DNA of 64,000 nt from Carcharhinus amblyrhynchos (GCA_965287045.1 OZ336884.1:18600001-18664000), one strand, 5' to 3'; counted from the stretch's first letter, positions 32,767 through 46,046 are shown. Numbers and translations are program-made. The notes: generated from the letters alone by a model not told the origin.

Positions 32767-34689
32767 CTTCCCTGTTTATAGGTCAGATATCTGTAAATGA
32801 CAAAACATAGACACACTGAGACATGCGGTATATTTTCCTTCTTCTGTCCTATGAAGTACCATTGTTTATTTTGATTTTTCCATTCATTGTCTGGTGGACA
32901 ACAGCATTGCATCAGAAAGCCTGTTCACCACCTTCTGCCAATACCCTATAAGCTCTCATTAAGTGCGTGAGGATCTCACGTTGATTGACACTGTGATTTT
33001 CATTTCTGTCTTCTCTCAGGAAAAGAAATGCTTTAACTTTGCCTAATTCTTTCTCCAACAGATTAGTTATAATCCAGAACTAACTGTATGCATGGCTAAA
33101 AATGTGTGCATGCTGTCTTGTTATCATCCGAATCATTCTAAGTTCTGAATATAAAATGAATATACATCGGTTACACATAGTTTATGTCAAAGTCATTGCC
33201 CTCTTTAGCTTCTCTAATATATACTATTTCTTTATTACTGCTTTGCAACCATATAATTGCACTCCATTTTGATTTTTTTCATTAACTTATCAAACCCAAC
33301 TGAAGAGCCACATGGAACCACCAAGTTTAGGAAGAGATTGATGAAAGATGAAGTAAATCAAGAACTTTAATTGGATGACAGTAGGCTGGGGGTTTAACTA
33401 TTTGCTTCAACATAGAATAACAGATGCAAGATTGCTGTTGGTCTCAGCAGCTATGCCACATGCTCAAATGTAAACCAGGAAACTATCAGGAACTGTCTCT
33501 ATGGGCACTTATATATAGTTACTAATTAAAATATTTTCAATAGAAATTAGTTTAGCGTAGGTTCTTACTCTTGGTCATCTAACCATCACTACGATGGAAG
33601 ATACTTCGAACATTCCCTTAATACTAAGGGAATATGTGGTAGGGATTAAGCACCATCACCTTGACTAGAAAAACAGTATTAGACAAACTAATGGCGCTGA
33701 AGGCAGATAATCCCCTAGCCCTGATGGTTTGCATCCTAGGATCCCCAAAAAATAGCTACATAGATTGTTGATGCATTTGTTGTAATTTTCCAAAATTCCT
33801 TGGATTCTGGAGAAGTATAGAAAGATTGGAAAACTTTGGTCATTTTTGGATGTGACGCCCCAATTCAAAAAGGAAGGGATTATTTGGCAAATAAAGTGAT
33901 GTGACATTGGAGGCATTTTAATATTTACTTTATTATTAATATGGTGGTAGGTAGTTTTTGACATAGAATTATGCAGTTTAGTCATGATGGAACAAAATAT
34001 TATACAGGGGTATGTGAAATTGTTGGCTAAATTATCTTCTTTAGCCCACTTGTTGCTCCCACCCATTCCTTCAACTTGACCGTAACTCCAATCCACGGCT
34101 ATGACTAATGGTCACTGATTATGCATGGTAGGTTAAAGGTAGAATTTCTGGTCTTGGGGTCAGGAAATATAGGTACCCGCTAGTAGAGAGCATAGGACCA
34201 CTACTACCACTAGCATAGTCCGAATACCATCTTACACATGGTGATTCCAGGAAACAGAGGTGACTGAGGCATCTGAGATGGAAGTAAACCCAGAACTGGA
34301 TTCACTCTCTCCACCAGCATTTACATGTGGTTTCAAGCTCGGAGGGAAGACAACTACAGTCTTGACAAGGTAGAACGGAGGAAATGGAGACTGGAATTGT
34401 GAGGCAGCAGTAAGCTTTTTTCCTCATTCTCACTGTTATCCCACTGTGTTGAGCTACCAGAGAGAAGCCTACAATAATTCTGTTAGGAAATAGAAACAGC
34501 AGTAGACCTTTTGATCCCTTCAGCCTGCACCACCATTCAACAGGATCAACATCCCTCACATCCACTTTCCTGCCCTTTCCTCATAGCCCTTAATTCCCTT
34601 ACTGATCAAAAGTTTATCGATCTCAGCCTAAAATATACACAAGGACACTGTCCCCACACTCTTTATAGTAAAAGGTCCCAAAGTCCCAA

Positions 34690-35010
34690 GGGGCAGCACT
34701 GTAGCAGAGTGGTTAGCACTGCTGCTTCACAGCTCCAGGGACCTGGGTTCGATTCCCAGTTTGGGTCACTGTCTGTATGGAGTTTGCACATTCTCCTCGT
34801 GCCTGTGTGGGTTTCCTCCCACAATCCAAAGATGTGTGGGTTAGGTTGATTGGCCAGGCTAAAATTGTTCCTTTGTGCCCTGGGATGCGTAGGTTAGAGG
34901 GTAAAATGTGTAGGGATATGGGGGTAGGGCCTGGATGGGATTGTGGTTGGTGCAGACTCGATGGGCCGAAGGACCTCTTTCTGCACTGTAGGGTTCTATG
35001 ATTCTATGAC
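34690..35010 (+). mobile_element. V-SINE type A
   Basis: Full-length copy. Confidence 0.85.
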
Positions 35011-35163
35011 TCTGAGAGAAGTAATCCCTCCTCATCTCAGACTTGATTGGTGCTCCTTCTTTCTGAGACTATGCCCTCTGGTCCTAGACTCTTCCATGGT
35101 GGGGAAACATTCTCTTAGCATTTAGCCTGTTAAGCTCCTTAAGATTTCAACAGGATCACACCT

Positions 35164-35400
35164 CGTGGGTTTCCTCTGGGTGCTCTGGTTTCCTCCCACA
35201 GTCCGAAGGTGTACAGATTAGGTTGATTGGACATGCTAAATTGCCCTTTAGTGTCCCAAGCTGTGTAGGTTAAGGAGATTAGCACGGTAACTACGTAGGG
35301 TTATGGAAATAGGGTCTGGGTAAGATGCTCTATCAGAGAATCAGTGCAGACTTGATGGGCCAAATGACCTCCTTATACACAGCAGGAATTCTACGATTCT
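35164..35400 (+). mobile_element. 5'-truncated V-SINE type A
   Basis: Starts in the V-domain. Confidence 0.8.
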
Positions 35401-35503
35401 CATTATTCTAAATTTCAATGAACCTTTTTAAACTTTCCTCATAAGACAATTCCTCCATATCAGGGATTATCCATTTTTCTGAGCTACTTTAAAATGAAAT
35501 AAT

Positions 35504-36799
35504 GGGGGCAATTCTCCCAAAAAATTCAAAGTATCAAATTTGTGTAGAAACTGGAGTAACGCCTGTTGGTTTTTTCAGCAGGAATTTCAAAATGAATCTC
35601 TCACATTCTGTGCACTGCAGGGTGCACTAACAGGAATCAAGGGACGGGACCTATTCCCGCTGGAGAGGCTGGAGCACAGTGCTGAGTGGGCACTGTGCAT
35701 TCGCCGATCTGTTAGTGCCGAGACTGTTGCACGCACAGTGGCCCTGCACTGCCGACCTCCTGATCGCTGGCCAGCCCTACATTGCTGACTATGCAATACC
35801 AACCCCCCCATGACTCAATTGCTGGCCTCCAGGACATGTTCGGGCCAGCCTTCATCCCTATTCCCATAGCCCACCTTGATCTCCCCCTAGCCTACCCACA
35901 GCCCTGATCTCCTGATCTCCCCCTCCCACCAGCAACCCCAACCATTCCCCCCCACAGTCCTGATCGGCCCCTCCCCACAGTTCCGACCACCCCCTCCCCT
36001 GTAGCCGCAATCCCCACCCCCTCCCTCCCCGCATGCAGGCCAATGCCCTCCACTCCCACCCCACAGTCCTGATCGGCCCCTCCCCACAGTTCCGACCACC
36101 CCCTCCCCTGTAGCCGCAATCCCCACCCCCCCACCCCCCAAGCAGGCCAATGCCCCCCGCTCCCACCCCAATGCCCAGCCCCGATCGCTGATCTCTCTCC
36201 CTCTCCTTGCGATCCCAAATGCAGAGTGGCGGGGACCCCCCCCACCCCCACCGATCTCCCTCAGAGGCCCTTCCACATTAGGCCACGCCCCCATTAGGTC
36301 CTGCCCCCTTGTCACTGCCAGTGCCTGGTGGGCAATGCCAAGGTGCCCTTTGGGCATTGTCATTTTGTCCCTTGGGCAGTGCCAAGGCCAGGCTGGCACT
36401 GCCAAGGTGGCAATGCCCGGGGGGCACCCATCCCTTACTCTGCCCCTCTGAGGGGCTTCAATGGCCTCTTTCTCTCCAGCGGGGTCAGCCTGCCACTTCC
36501 TTGCACGTGGGGAGCTATAGTAAATTCTGCTGGAGTGAAACAATCCGGGAGGGGTGGAGAGGCTAACAGCTCTGGAGATTTAAGTCCCGGGCCCACTAAT
36601 TACATTCAAAATACATTTAAATGATGATTTAAATGAACTATGCGGCTCTGTGCCGATTTCTAGCGCAGAGCTGATGGTGCTGGAAAGCCAGCTGTGGAGG
36701 CCATGGTACCCAGTGAGGAACCTGCAAAACGGCCTCCGTTTGAGTCTCCCGGCCCACTGAGCTACAAGAGCAGTGCAACAGGCTGGGAGAATCACTGCC
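35504..36799. mobile_element. GC-rich non-autonomous DNA transposon (Harbinger-like) with internal 109-bp tandem duplication
   Basis: ggcaattctccca ... tgggagaatcactgcc termini; 35950-36170 repeats with a 109-bp period. Confidence 0.7.
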
Positions 36800-38500
36800 A
36801 AAATCCTTCCTTAAATAAGGGGACCAAAACTCCTCACAGCACTCCAGACATGGTCTCTCCATTACCTTGTACAGTTGCAGGAAGACCTTCCTGTATTTCA
36901 CGCGCAAGTACCCCCCCCCCCAAGTCCATTTGTGCTGCAGCTTTCTGCAGTTTTTCTCCATTTAAATAATGCTCTGTTCTTTTGTTCTCCCTTCCAAAAT
37001 GAGCAACTTCACATTTTCTCACATTATTCTCCATTTGCCAACTTTTTGCTCACTCACTTAACTTATCAATATCTCTTTGTGAACTGTTTGTGTCCCTTTC
37101 ACAACTTGCCTTCTGCCTTTTTTTTGCCTTCTATAAATTTGGCTAAAGTACATAGACGTCCTTCAAGTCATTAATCTACAGTGTAAACAATTACAGTCCC
37201 AGCACTGATGCCCACTGGTTACAGGTCGTCAACCTGAAAAATAACCATTTATCCCCCCTTGCTGTTTCCTGCCCATTAGTCAATTCTCTATCCATGCTAA
37301 TACACTATCTCCAACACCTTGGCTCTTATTCTATGATGTAACCTTTTGTGCAGTACCTTGTTGAATGCCTTTGGGAAATCCAAATACAACACATCTGCTG
37401 GCTCTCCTCTATGCTCAAGATTTCCTCAAAAAACTCTAGTACATTAATCAGACACGATTTCCCCTTCATGAAGCCATGCTGATTAGATTATGATTTACCA
37501 AATGCGCTGCTATTACTTCCTTATTAATTGCTTCCAACATTTGTCCCAACAATAGATGTCAGGCAGTAGAATAAACAAGAGGAAATATTGGAGAACTTCA
37601 CAGCAACAACAGTAAATATCCGAATAAGCATTGTGTATCTTGTATTCTTACATTTCATTCAATGTTTGTGTTCCCTAGATTAACACAACATCATTTGAAT
37701 AAGTCATCGCACAAACAGATATCAATAAAATTGTGGAACTATGTATTTTTATCTGGATATTTGCCAACTCATACATGGAAAAAGTAATCAAAACATTATA
37801 AATATCTCAAGTTTTGTCAAAGCTTTTTTGACTGAATTGGGGACACAATTTAAAATAATTGTTTGAATTTCCTTTCCTCTATTCCACTCCTTTTCTCTGT
37901 AAATGTTGGCTGATATTTCTGTGGCCCCTAACAGTCCTCACCTTCATGGCTGAGCCCAAATCTCAGCAGGCTTTTGAACAGTGGACATCATCACAGCTAC
38001 ACCCGATTCTGTTCCCACTTGTTACTAACATTCACAGACACTTTCCAGTCACTTCATAGCAATTAAACATGGCACACCCCCGGTTCACTGTTCTTTTCCC
38101 AAGATCAAGGCTCTGAAGCCTAATAGTCCAACTTCTGCTCAAACTGACATCAACAAGCTTGGCATGCAACACACATTGAACCGCTTTTCACAATGCATTT
38201 ACTGCTTTGTCCCTCTTCACCTGTGAAGATGTTGCCTGCTTCTTTGGAAGATGTTCCGTAATGCAGGCTGATACCTTGCCCTATGAATCATTCTTCGTAC
38301 CTGAAACCAAATAGTAAATGCCACTACACTATTTGACTGCAGGGGCAGCATGCTGTCTCTATCCAGTCTTTGCTCAATGCTGGAGTCAGCTGGAGTTCCA
38401 GAAGGGAGAACTTTTGTCTGATGTTGTCAATCCTATTCCTGTCTCCTATGTGGGGAAGACAATGTTGTGTCTACTGCTGCTGCTGCACTATCCGAGATCA

Positions 38501-38618
38501 GTTAGCCTGGTGAACATCAGGTCTCCATTGTGGGGCATTGCCCACCTTGATGGTCCTGCTAACCTATTGAATATCAGGACTTCATTGTGGGGCGTTACCC
38601 ATCTGGATGGTTCTGCTA
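38501..38618. repeat. diverged 57-bp tandem duplication
   Basis: 38501-38557 vs 38558-38614: 45/57 identical, no gaps. Confidence 0.85.
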
Positions 38619-39683
38619 CTCATCACGTAAACTTGCTGAGCTGTCCTAACATTTTACACATGGGCAAATTTACCAGTTTGTCTTGATTTACTGTGTTTAA
38701 TTGTAGCATTTCTACTGAAAATTACTTCACAAAAGTTATTTTCACACCAAACTTCTACTTAACCTGGAGAACTGCACAAGTAATACGATGAGAATGAAAC
38801 TAAACTAAAGGAAACTTCAGAGTTAATCCGGGGTCGTACAATGTTATACAAATACTCCTCTGTTTAAAACGTACATACTTCCCAGATATATCATACCATG
38901 AAGCACAATATTCATACTAATCATCTTAGTTCTGTATACGACACATGTTCCCTGTTTCCAAAATACTAAGTAAAATATTTCAAAATTGATTCTGAAAAAT
39001 CAATAAATAGTTACGATGTGTTTAGATAATAAACAAGCACCTAGATTATGTGTAATACACCGAAATAAATCGATAGGTAGCAGGACAAGTCAATAGGCAG
39101 TTACAGCCAATGAATAAGTCAACAAATAATATTAATGTAAAACATACCAGTATGAAACAATCCAGAAAATAGTGATACTTTGCCTCTTGTATGGCTTTGC
39201 TGACTTGAATTTAGTGATCTATAGCTCCTGCACTTTTATAGAGCTTTCCCCGCAGCTGATTGGATAGCATTGATGTCACTGTGTGGCATACTTTTCAGAT
39301 GTAAATTTTAGAATTAAAAAAATTGAACTTTTCTTTATTACAGGACACAACTTGCCTGAGGCGAAATTTCAAAACTAAGGAGCTTGTATCCTCACACAGG
39401 TATAATGTTCGCAGCTATTGTGATATCAACTGAAAGCCAAAATATTTGTTCCATTTACAAATCAGTTGATCTAAGTAATATGGATTACATTTTCCACTCC
39501 TTCCCTTAATTTACCTGTGTTTAAGAGCCACTGACTATATTGTCAAGTGGTCCCCGTTTTGCTTTGGTGGGTTTCATCCTATAGAAATTTTGAAAAATTG
39601 AATCACAAAAAACATGGAATTTGAGTTTCTTTTTAAAATGGTAATTTCAGACTTCCCAGACACCCAAGTATTCATTCACAGGC

Positions 39684-40013
39684 TTTTTTTTTATTCATAC
39701 ATGATTTATTGCCCATCCCTAATTGCTTGAAGGCAGTTGAAAGTCAACCACATTGATGTGTCACTAGTCTCATGTAGGCCAGACCGGGTAAGAATGGCAG
39801 ATTTCCTTCCCTAAAGGACATCAGTGAACCAGATGGGTTTTTCCGACAATCAACAATAATTTCATGGTTGTCAGTAGATTCCGAATTCCAGATTTTTTTT
39901 ATTGAATTCAAATTCCACTACCTGTCATGGTGGGATTCGAATCTAGGTCCCCAGAACATTAGCTGAGTTAGTGGATTAATTAATCTAATGATACCACTGG
40001 GCCATCGCTTCCC
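39684..40013 (-). mobile_element. SINE type C
   Basis: Full-length reverse copy. Confidence 0.8.
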
Positions 40014-41308
40014 TTAAAAATGGTGAGTATTTCATTCATCAGACACGGTGAAGTAAATTCTGGTCAGAATAGCTGAATGAAAATTTTGCAAAGCTTGTTT
40101 CATAGACCTGAGCATGGTGTCCTGATCTGACTCATGCTCCCTATACGGATAGTCAGAAAGATGGAAGAGTCAGTTACTGAGGGGCATAGGTTTAAGGTGC
40201 GAGGGGCAAGGTTGAAAAGAGATTGCTAACCACTGTGCCACCGTGCCACCCCTGTGAACATCATTGAAGGAAAAAGGTCTCCTACCAACTGTTCCCCTGC
40301 CAAATGAGAATGCTGATCACTAATATATCTGGGCTTGACAGATCTGCAGCAATTGATCAAATTTTGCTAAAAGACATTGCAGCTAAATTCCAGGTTGCTT
40401 GTAGGCATGGTTGTTATTCAAGTGACAGGATTTTCAAATATTCAGGATGATGGTGCCCAGGTAGCTCCATGTGCTCACTCAGCAGCTTTTGACCGATTTG
40501 ATTTGCAAGTAAATTCCAATAAGAATGAGGGAATCCCCTATAAATCCTGGAATATTTGCCACAGTCAGTTGTGGGATAGCAAGGGAAATTCTTACCAGGT
40601 GCAATCTTAACAAAAGTACCACAATTCCTGCTCAGTGGATTCTTGTTTCCTTTGTTTACAATTCTAAGAACTCACCCTTTGTTTTCAAGACATTGCCTTG
40701 GTAAGCGTCTTTGCTCATGCATAATCATACCTGCCAGCTGATTTCATTACTCATTCAACACTTGCAGTTCTGGAGTTGTGATTTGAGTCAAATACAAATG
40801 TCTCTGATGTTGGTTACTTGTCCTTGATTTTTGTGAGTAATGTGCCTTATTGGCTAGTTCAGATGTTGACTTGGCTATGTGCCACGTAACATTCGTATGA
40901 AGGTTGCTGGTTATCTTCCATTCACTTCCCGCAGAAGAGCTGAATTAATTCCAGTATCAGTCAGATAACATTGTGATAGGGATCATCACATACACATGAC
41001 AGAAAATAAAGGCTCCTGTTGCTTCACCATGGTCCAGCACTGTAAATAATAGCTTGGTATATCCTGGAATAGGACATTGGCCAAGGAAGATCACTAAAAT
41101 AGATAGTAGCAGTGAATCAAAGGTTAAATGTTTGAAAAGAGAAGAGGTTTTAACATGTAATGACAAAGCAGCGAGACAGTAAGTACTTTAAGCCATAAAC
41201 AAAATGCACGGACTGGAATTTCCTTAGTGCTGGCTCTTGGACAAAAACCTTTGGGTTCACCTATGGCCTCTGAAGGAATTTATGTAGGATGATCCTGGGT
41301 CTAGCCAC

Positions 41309-41827
41309 TGGTGCCATTATTAATGCAAAATCTACGTAAGCTACTGAACTAGCAGGATGGGAACAATGAGAAAAAGGCACTGATCTTTCTCGACATCCTA
41401 GCTGTGGCTGTAACACTACATTCTGCGCTCTCTCATTTCCTTCTCTACGTACAGTATGCTTTGTCTGTACAGCACGCGAGAAACAACACTTTTCACTGTA
41501 TGATAATACATGTGACAATAATAAATCAAATCATTTTAGTAGCAAACCAATGGACAAGCAGATACGACAGGAATAGTTATTTACTCTTTCACTTCACTCA
41601 AATAGCTTGATTTGATTATTATTGTCGCATGTATTAGAATACAATTAAAAGTATTGTTTCTTGTGTGCTATACAAAGCATACCATCTATAGAGAAGGAAA
41701 CAAGAGAGTGCAGAATGTAATGTTACTGTCATTGCTACAGTGTACAGAAAGATCAGTGCCTTTTTCCCATTGTTCTCATCCTGATAGCTCAGTAGCTTAT
41801 TTGGATTTTGCACTAATAATGGCACCA
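41309..41827. repeat. fold-back: arms 41309-41533 and 41607-41827 (Rex/Babar tail plus 72 bp of unique flank)
   Basis: Unique parts are 64/72 identical in inverted orientation. Confidence 0.9.
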
Positions 41828-42850
41828 ATAATGGCATCAAACAGCAAGATTATGTTGCAGCTGTATAAAGTGATGGAAAGGCCACATCTGGAGTACTGTG
41901 TACAGTTTTGGTCTCCTTACTTGAGAAAGGATATACTGGCACTGGAGAGAGTGCAGAGGAGATTCACTAGGTTGATTCCAGAGTTAAGAGTGTTGGCTTA
42001 TGAGGAGATACTGAGTAGACTGAAGCTATACTCATTGGAATTCAGAAGAATGAGGGGAGATCTTATAGAAACATATAAGATTATGAAAGGAATAGATAAG
42101 ATAGAAGCAGGGAAGTTGTTTCCACTGGCGGGTGAAACTAGAACTAAGAGGCATAGCCTCAAAATAAGGGGAAGCCAATTTAGGACTGAGTTGAGGAGGA
42201 ACTTCTTCACACAAAGGGTTGTGAATCTGTGGAATTCCCTGTCCAGTGAAGCAGTTAAGGCTACCTCATTGAATGTTTTTAAGGCAAGGATAAATAAATT
42301 TTTGAACAGTAAAGGAATTAAAGGTTACAATGAGTGGGTGGGTAAGTGGAGCTGAGTCCACAAAAAGTTCAGCCCTGATCTTATTGAATGGCGGAGCAGG
42401 CTCGGGAGGCCAGGTGGCCTACTCCTGCTCCTAGTTTTTATGTTCTTATTCAAAAGTCTGATGGCAGCAGGGAAGAAGCTGTTCTTGAGTCGGTTGAAAC
42501 ATATCCTCAGACTTTTATATCTTTTTCCCGATGGAAGAATTTGGAAGAGAGTATGTTCCGGGTACATGGGGTCCTTGATTATGCTGGCTGCTTTGCTGAG
42601 GCAGCGGGACGTGTAGACAGAGTCAATGGATGTGTTGTTTTGCATGATGGACTGGGCTTCGTTCATGACTCCTTATAGTTTCTTGCAGTCATGGACAGAA
42701 TAGGAGCATACCACACTGTGATACAACCAGAAAGGAGGCTTTCTACCGTGCATTTGTAAAAGTTAGTCTAATTGGAGAACGGTGTAAAATATCTCAGGCG
42801 AGTTGTAGCACACATGCTAAATTTCCTTACCATCCTGAGAAAGTAGAGGC
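41607..42850 (-). mobile_element. Rex1/Babar-type LINE 3' region interrupted by CR1
   Basis: SRCLSKAASIIKDP..HTLFQILPSGKRYKSL..RLKNSFFPAAIRLLN. Confidence 0.8.
41840..42448 (+). mobile_element. CR1 3' end (accounts for the 247-aa ORF)
   Basis: PHLEYCVQFWSPYLRKDILALERVQRRFTRLIP..RNFFTQRVVNLWNSL. Confidence 0.9.
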
Positions 42851-44269
42851 ATAACCTCACTACATGTCTTGCAAGTACGTTTATCATACCTGGATAGAAT
42901 TCAGAACTCAAGCAGCTCAGAGGGCATCACAGGGAATGGTGTGAAACCAGGAGAGAGAAAATGTATAACTTCCTCTCATAGGGACTCTTCTGAAGGACAT
43001 GGATGGCAGGAAGAACAAAGTCCTGGGTATGGGTATCCCAAAGCTGCTCAGAAATATTGGTCGTTCTGTCTTGAAAGAGGAAATGACTCCTGTTAACATG
43101 CGGAAAATAACTAAGAAATTCATGCTTGCTTCTTGTTCTTTAAAGATAATGGTGTCAGAACTTCCTGAGGATTGTTAAAATGGCAATGTCATTATTAAAT
43201 GATAAGTTTAAGAAAGTAAAATGAGCCAAATTGTCAGTGGTAATGAAGGTAATTTAAAACCGTAGCCTTGAAAATATTACTACTTGATCAAGTAATTTAC
43301 ACTCGAGTTTAAAGGCAGAACTGCTTTATCTGGAAGCAATTTTGACAACTTTTACTGCCGGTGCCATATCGAATTCACTCTGTTTATGCTACAGGGCAAA
43401 TACTGCAATATCAATGGCAATAAGCAACTGCCACATGCAAGAATGTGAATGCGCACTTACTCATCAATCATGCTTTGTAACTTTACCACTGGCTGTAGGC
43501 ATTTTCTAAAGGAACGGTGAGCACTTTGCATTGATATATGGCTGTCAACCTGTAGAGGATATGCCCCAGTGAGTATGGGTTTTTGGAGTGAGACACTGTG
43601 ACTAAAGCAGAGCTACGTATTAAGTAGCAGTTTCTAAGACCAAACAGAAAAATGGGTCTCCCCTGTCAGGGAAACACAGGGAAGAAAGAGTCTTGTAAGA
43701 GGTGTGTACATACTTTTCACCATACTGTATTTGGCTTTTCATAATGCATCGGAACTGAATTTATTTTGCGTTATTTAGGTAACATGATATTTGGAATGCC
43801 TAGGATTGAAAAGAACAGACCCTGTCAGTAGTGGGATACAGTGAATAATTGTATCTGAGTTCACTAATGTGGAAAGGAAAGGTATGGTTGTGTAAAACTA
43901 TGAAACAGTTTGATTGACAACAGCAAAAATTCAAAATTGCTAAAATCGTGATGGGTAGTTTAAAGCAAAGTAGCCGGCTACAACTCCCCTGAGATATTTT
44001 ACTTAGTTCTCCAATTAGACTAAGTTTATATTACAGAATCATATCAACTAGAGGCAGCCCTGTAATCACTGCCAGCTTTTGCGCTGCACAGTACCCTCTG
44101 GCAAAGTGATTCCACCTTGACAGCAAACAAAAAGTGCACGTGTAAGATTGCACGTGACCACTTGTTTGAAAGTCCTGCTACACAACATGTTGTGGTGTTC
44201 AGGACATCACAGGATACTCCACGGGTGGTCTAAAGAAGGTATTGTATAACTGAAGCATGAATCTCAAAC

Positions 44270-44780
44270 CCTCCCACAACCTGGCCACCCATGCCTTGTA
44301 TTCCATTTCTCTACATTAAGTCCAGTATTCAATTAGCATTTTTAATTCAGGCCATGTTGTTTTAATTGTCTGTGTATCTGGAACTCCAAGTCTTTGAGAA
44401 CCTCCACTGCTTAAGACTTTTCAACATTTAGAAAACATCCTGTTCTATATCCTTTTTATGTCCCAAATGGATGATGTCATATCCGCCCATCTTTAAGTCT
44501 ATTTGCATGGTTTTGCCCATTTACTTAATCTATCAACCTCTATCTGCAATTTTATGTCTCCATCTACACTACATATCGTGCGCCCAACTTAATATCATCA
44601 GTCAATTTGGATATGAGGCTTTTTATTGCAAAATCTAGGTCATAAATAATTACAGTGAATTGCTAAGAGGCTCCAACATAGACACTTGCGAGACATCACT
44701 AGTTACATTTTGCCAATTAAAATGCTGCCTAGCTTCCTCATCTTGTTTCCTATCACTTAGTTTGCTACTCGGGTCAATAA
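44270..44780 (-). mobile_element. very degenerate CR1 RT fragment
   Basis: Minus strand has atatccaaattgactgatgatattaag, an ISKFADD-like stretch. Confidence 0.55.
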
Positions 44781-44849
44781 TTTCCTTGCTTGCTAGAGGT
44801 TACTGAGGGATGAATGATGGGGTGTGCTGCAATGAGCAATATGTGTGGC

Positions 44850-45110
44850 TCATATTGTGGTGAGGAGCAGATAGTATTTAAAGATGCATTCGCTAATCTT
44901 GATCAGTTGTGTGAGGTCTTTGAATTTATGATGATACAGTCTCCAGGGTGCCCAGCATTGACTTCTGTGGCAATCTGCTCTCATTGCCTTCACCATGCAT
45001 GTTTGGGCAGCTTCCTGATCTACTGCAGAAAGGTGATCATTCTCCTTCTTTCCAACTCCTGCACTATTGGCCCCGTACTGCATTAAAGATCTTCAGAGTC
45101 CTCAGGCCTA
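44850..45110 (-). mobile_element. Harbinger Myb/SANT-like ORF relic
   Basis: VQELERR..RQ*EQIATEVNA.. with stops. Confidence 0.45.
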
Positions 45111-45569
45111 CTGCTCCATTACTCTGGCTTATTTCTTTTCAGGAAGTCCCTGCCACTTTTAGCATTTGCTGCAGCCAGAATGGACATGCACCTTAAGAGG
45201 TGCAGGTTGGCTTTATGAAATGTATGGAAGTTTTAATTGGGGCTGGTCCCTGCTGAACAAACAGCTGCATACCCCCTTGCAATCCCTCTCAGAAATGAAC
45301 AGGTCACTGAATGAGGAGTAACCATGAACAGAATTTGCCTACTTCAGAGACACTTTATGAAATGTCTATTTTTGAATCTGTTAAAGAGCAGTTTTACTGA
45401 CAGTATAATTTTCTAAATACCCTCTCTGTGTCATGCTAATTAATTCCTCTGTCTTTTTTTTTACACTGTAGTCATTAGCTACCATATATTTATCACCTGA
45501 TATTGTCTCTATTACTTATTTCTGTTTCAGTGCTGTTGCCGGACTAATATCATTTTAGTCAATGTGAAT

Positions 45570-45837
45570 TTAAAAAAATCATTTACAGGATGTATTGCCC
45601 ACCTCAGGGTCAACCACATTGTGTCACATGTAGACTAAGCCAGACCAACAGATTTCCTTCCCTAAAGGATATTAGTGAGCCAGGTGGGTTTTGACAACAA
45701 TCATCCCATGCACTTTTAATTCAGAGTCATATTGAATTCACTGTTCACCATCTGACAAGGGATTTGAACTCAGGTCCCAAGGGTTTTAGCTGCCTGGATT
45801 ACTGGTCTCATGACAATACCACTACACCACTGTCTCC
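45570..45837 (-). mobile_element. SINE type C (degenerate)
   Basis: cagatttccttccctaaagg core. Confidence 0.7.
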
Positions 45838-46046
45838 ATATCAACTTTAAGCAATTAATTAAAACCTATTTACAAAGAATTACATCATTAACAAGATTAT
45901 GATCCAATTAACATATCTACTAACCTATGTCACCATTACATCTCACCATAGCATAAACAATTACATTAACCTCCTATGCTGTTTACAGTTTCCATCTAAC
46001 ACCTACCCTCCCTTCAACTTCGATGAACTTCAAAAGGACATAGACA

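Larger units (their letters stand above)
34485..37562 (-). mobile_element. fragmented CR1 split by two V-SINEs and a DNA transposon
   Basis: Pieces at 34485-34690, 35010-35160, 35400-35500 and 36800-37562 are colinear (CLECCEEFWSPYLRKD; KCEVAHFGRENK). Confidence 0.75.

Noticed and set aside
33509-33517. TATATATAA on the minus strand as the ZPLD1-like promoter
   Set aside because: The position is plausible, but the context is AT-rich and no convincing donor links it to the acceptor at 32791.
35858-36624. Gly-rich overlapping ORFs up to 218 aa
   Set aside because: They arise from the C-rich interior of a DNA transposon with a 109-bp tandem duplication.
41612-42355. 247-aa ORF as a cellular gene
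   Set aside because: It reads through an antisense Rex tail, a duplicated flank and the CR1 RT C-terminus.
38000-43095. Cluster of good minus-strand splice sites (acceptors near 43091, 41095, 38301; donors near 42889, 40730, 40675, 40595) as a second gene
   Set aside because: The candidate exons I translated hit stops and gave no recognisable protein. A non-coding transcript or ZPLD1-like 5'UTR exons cannot be excluded without RNA data.
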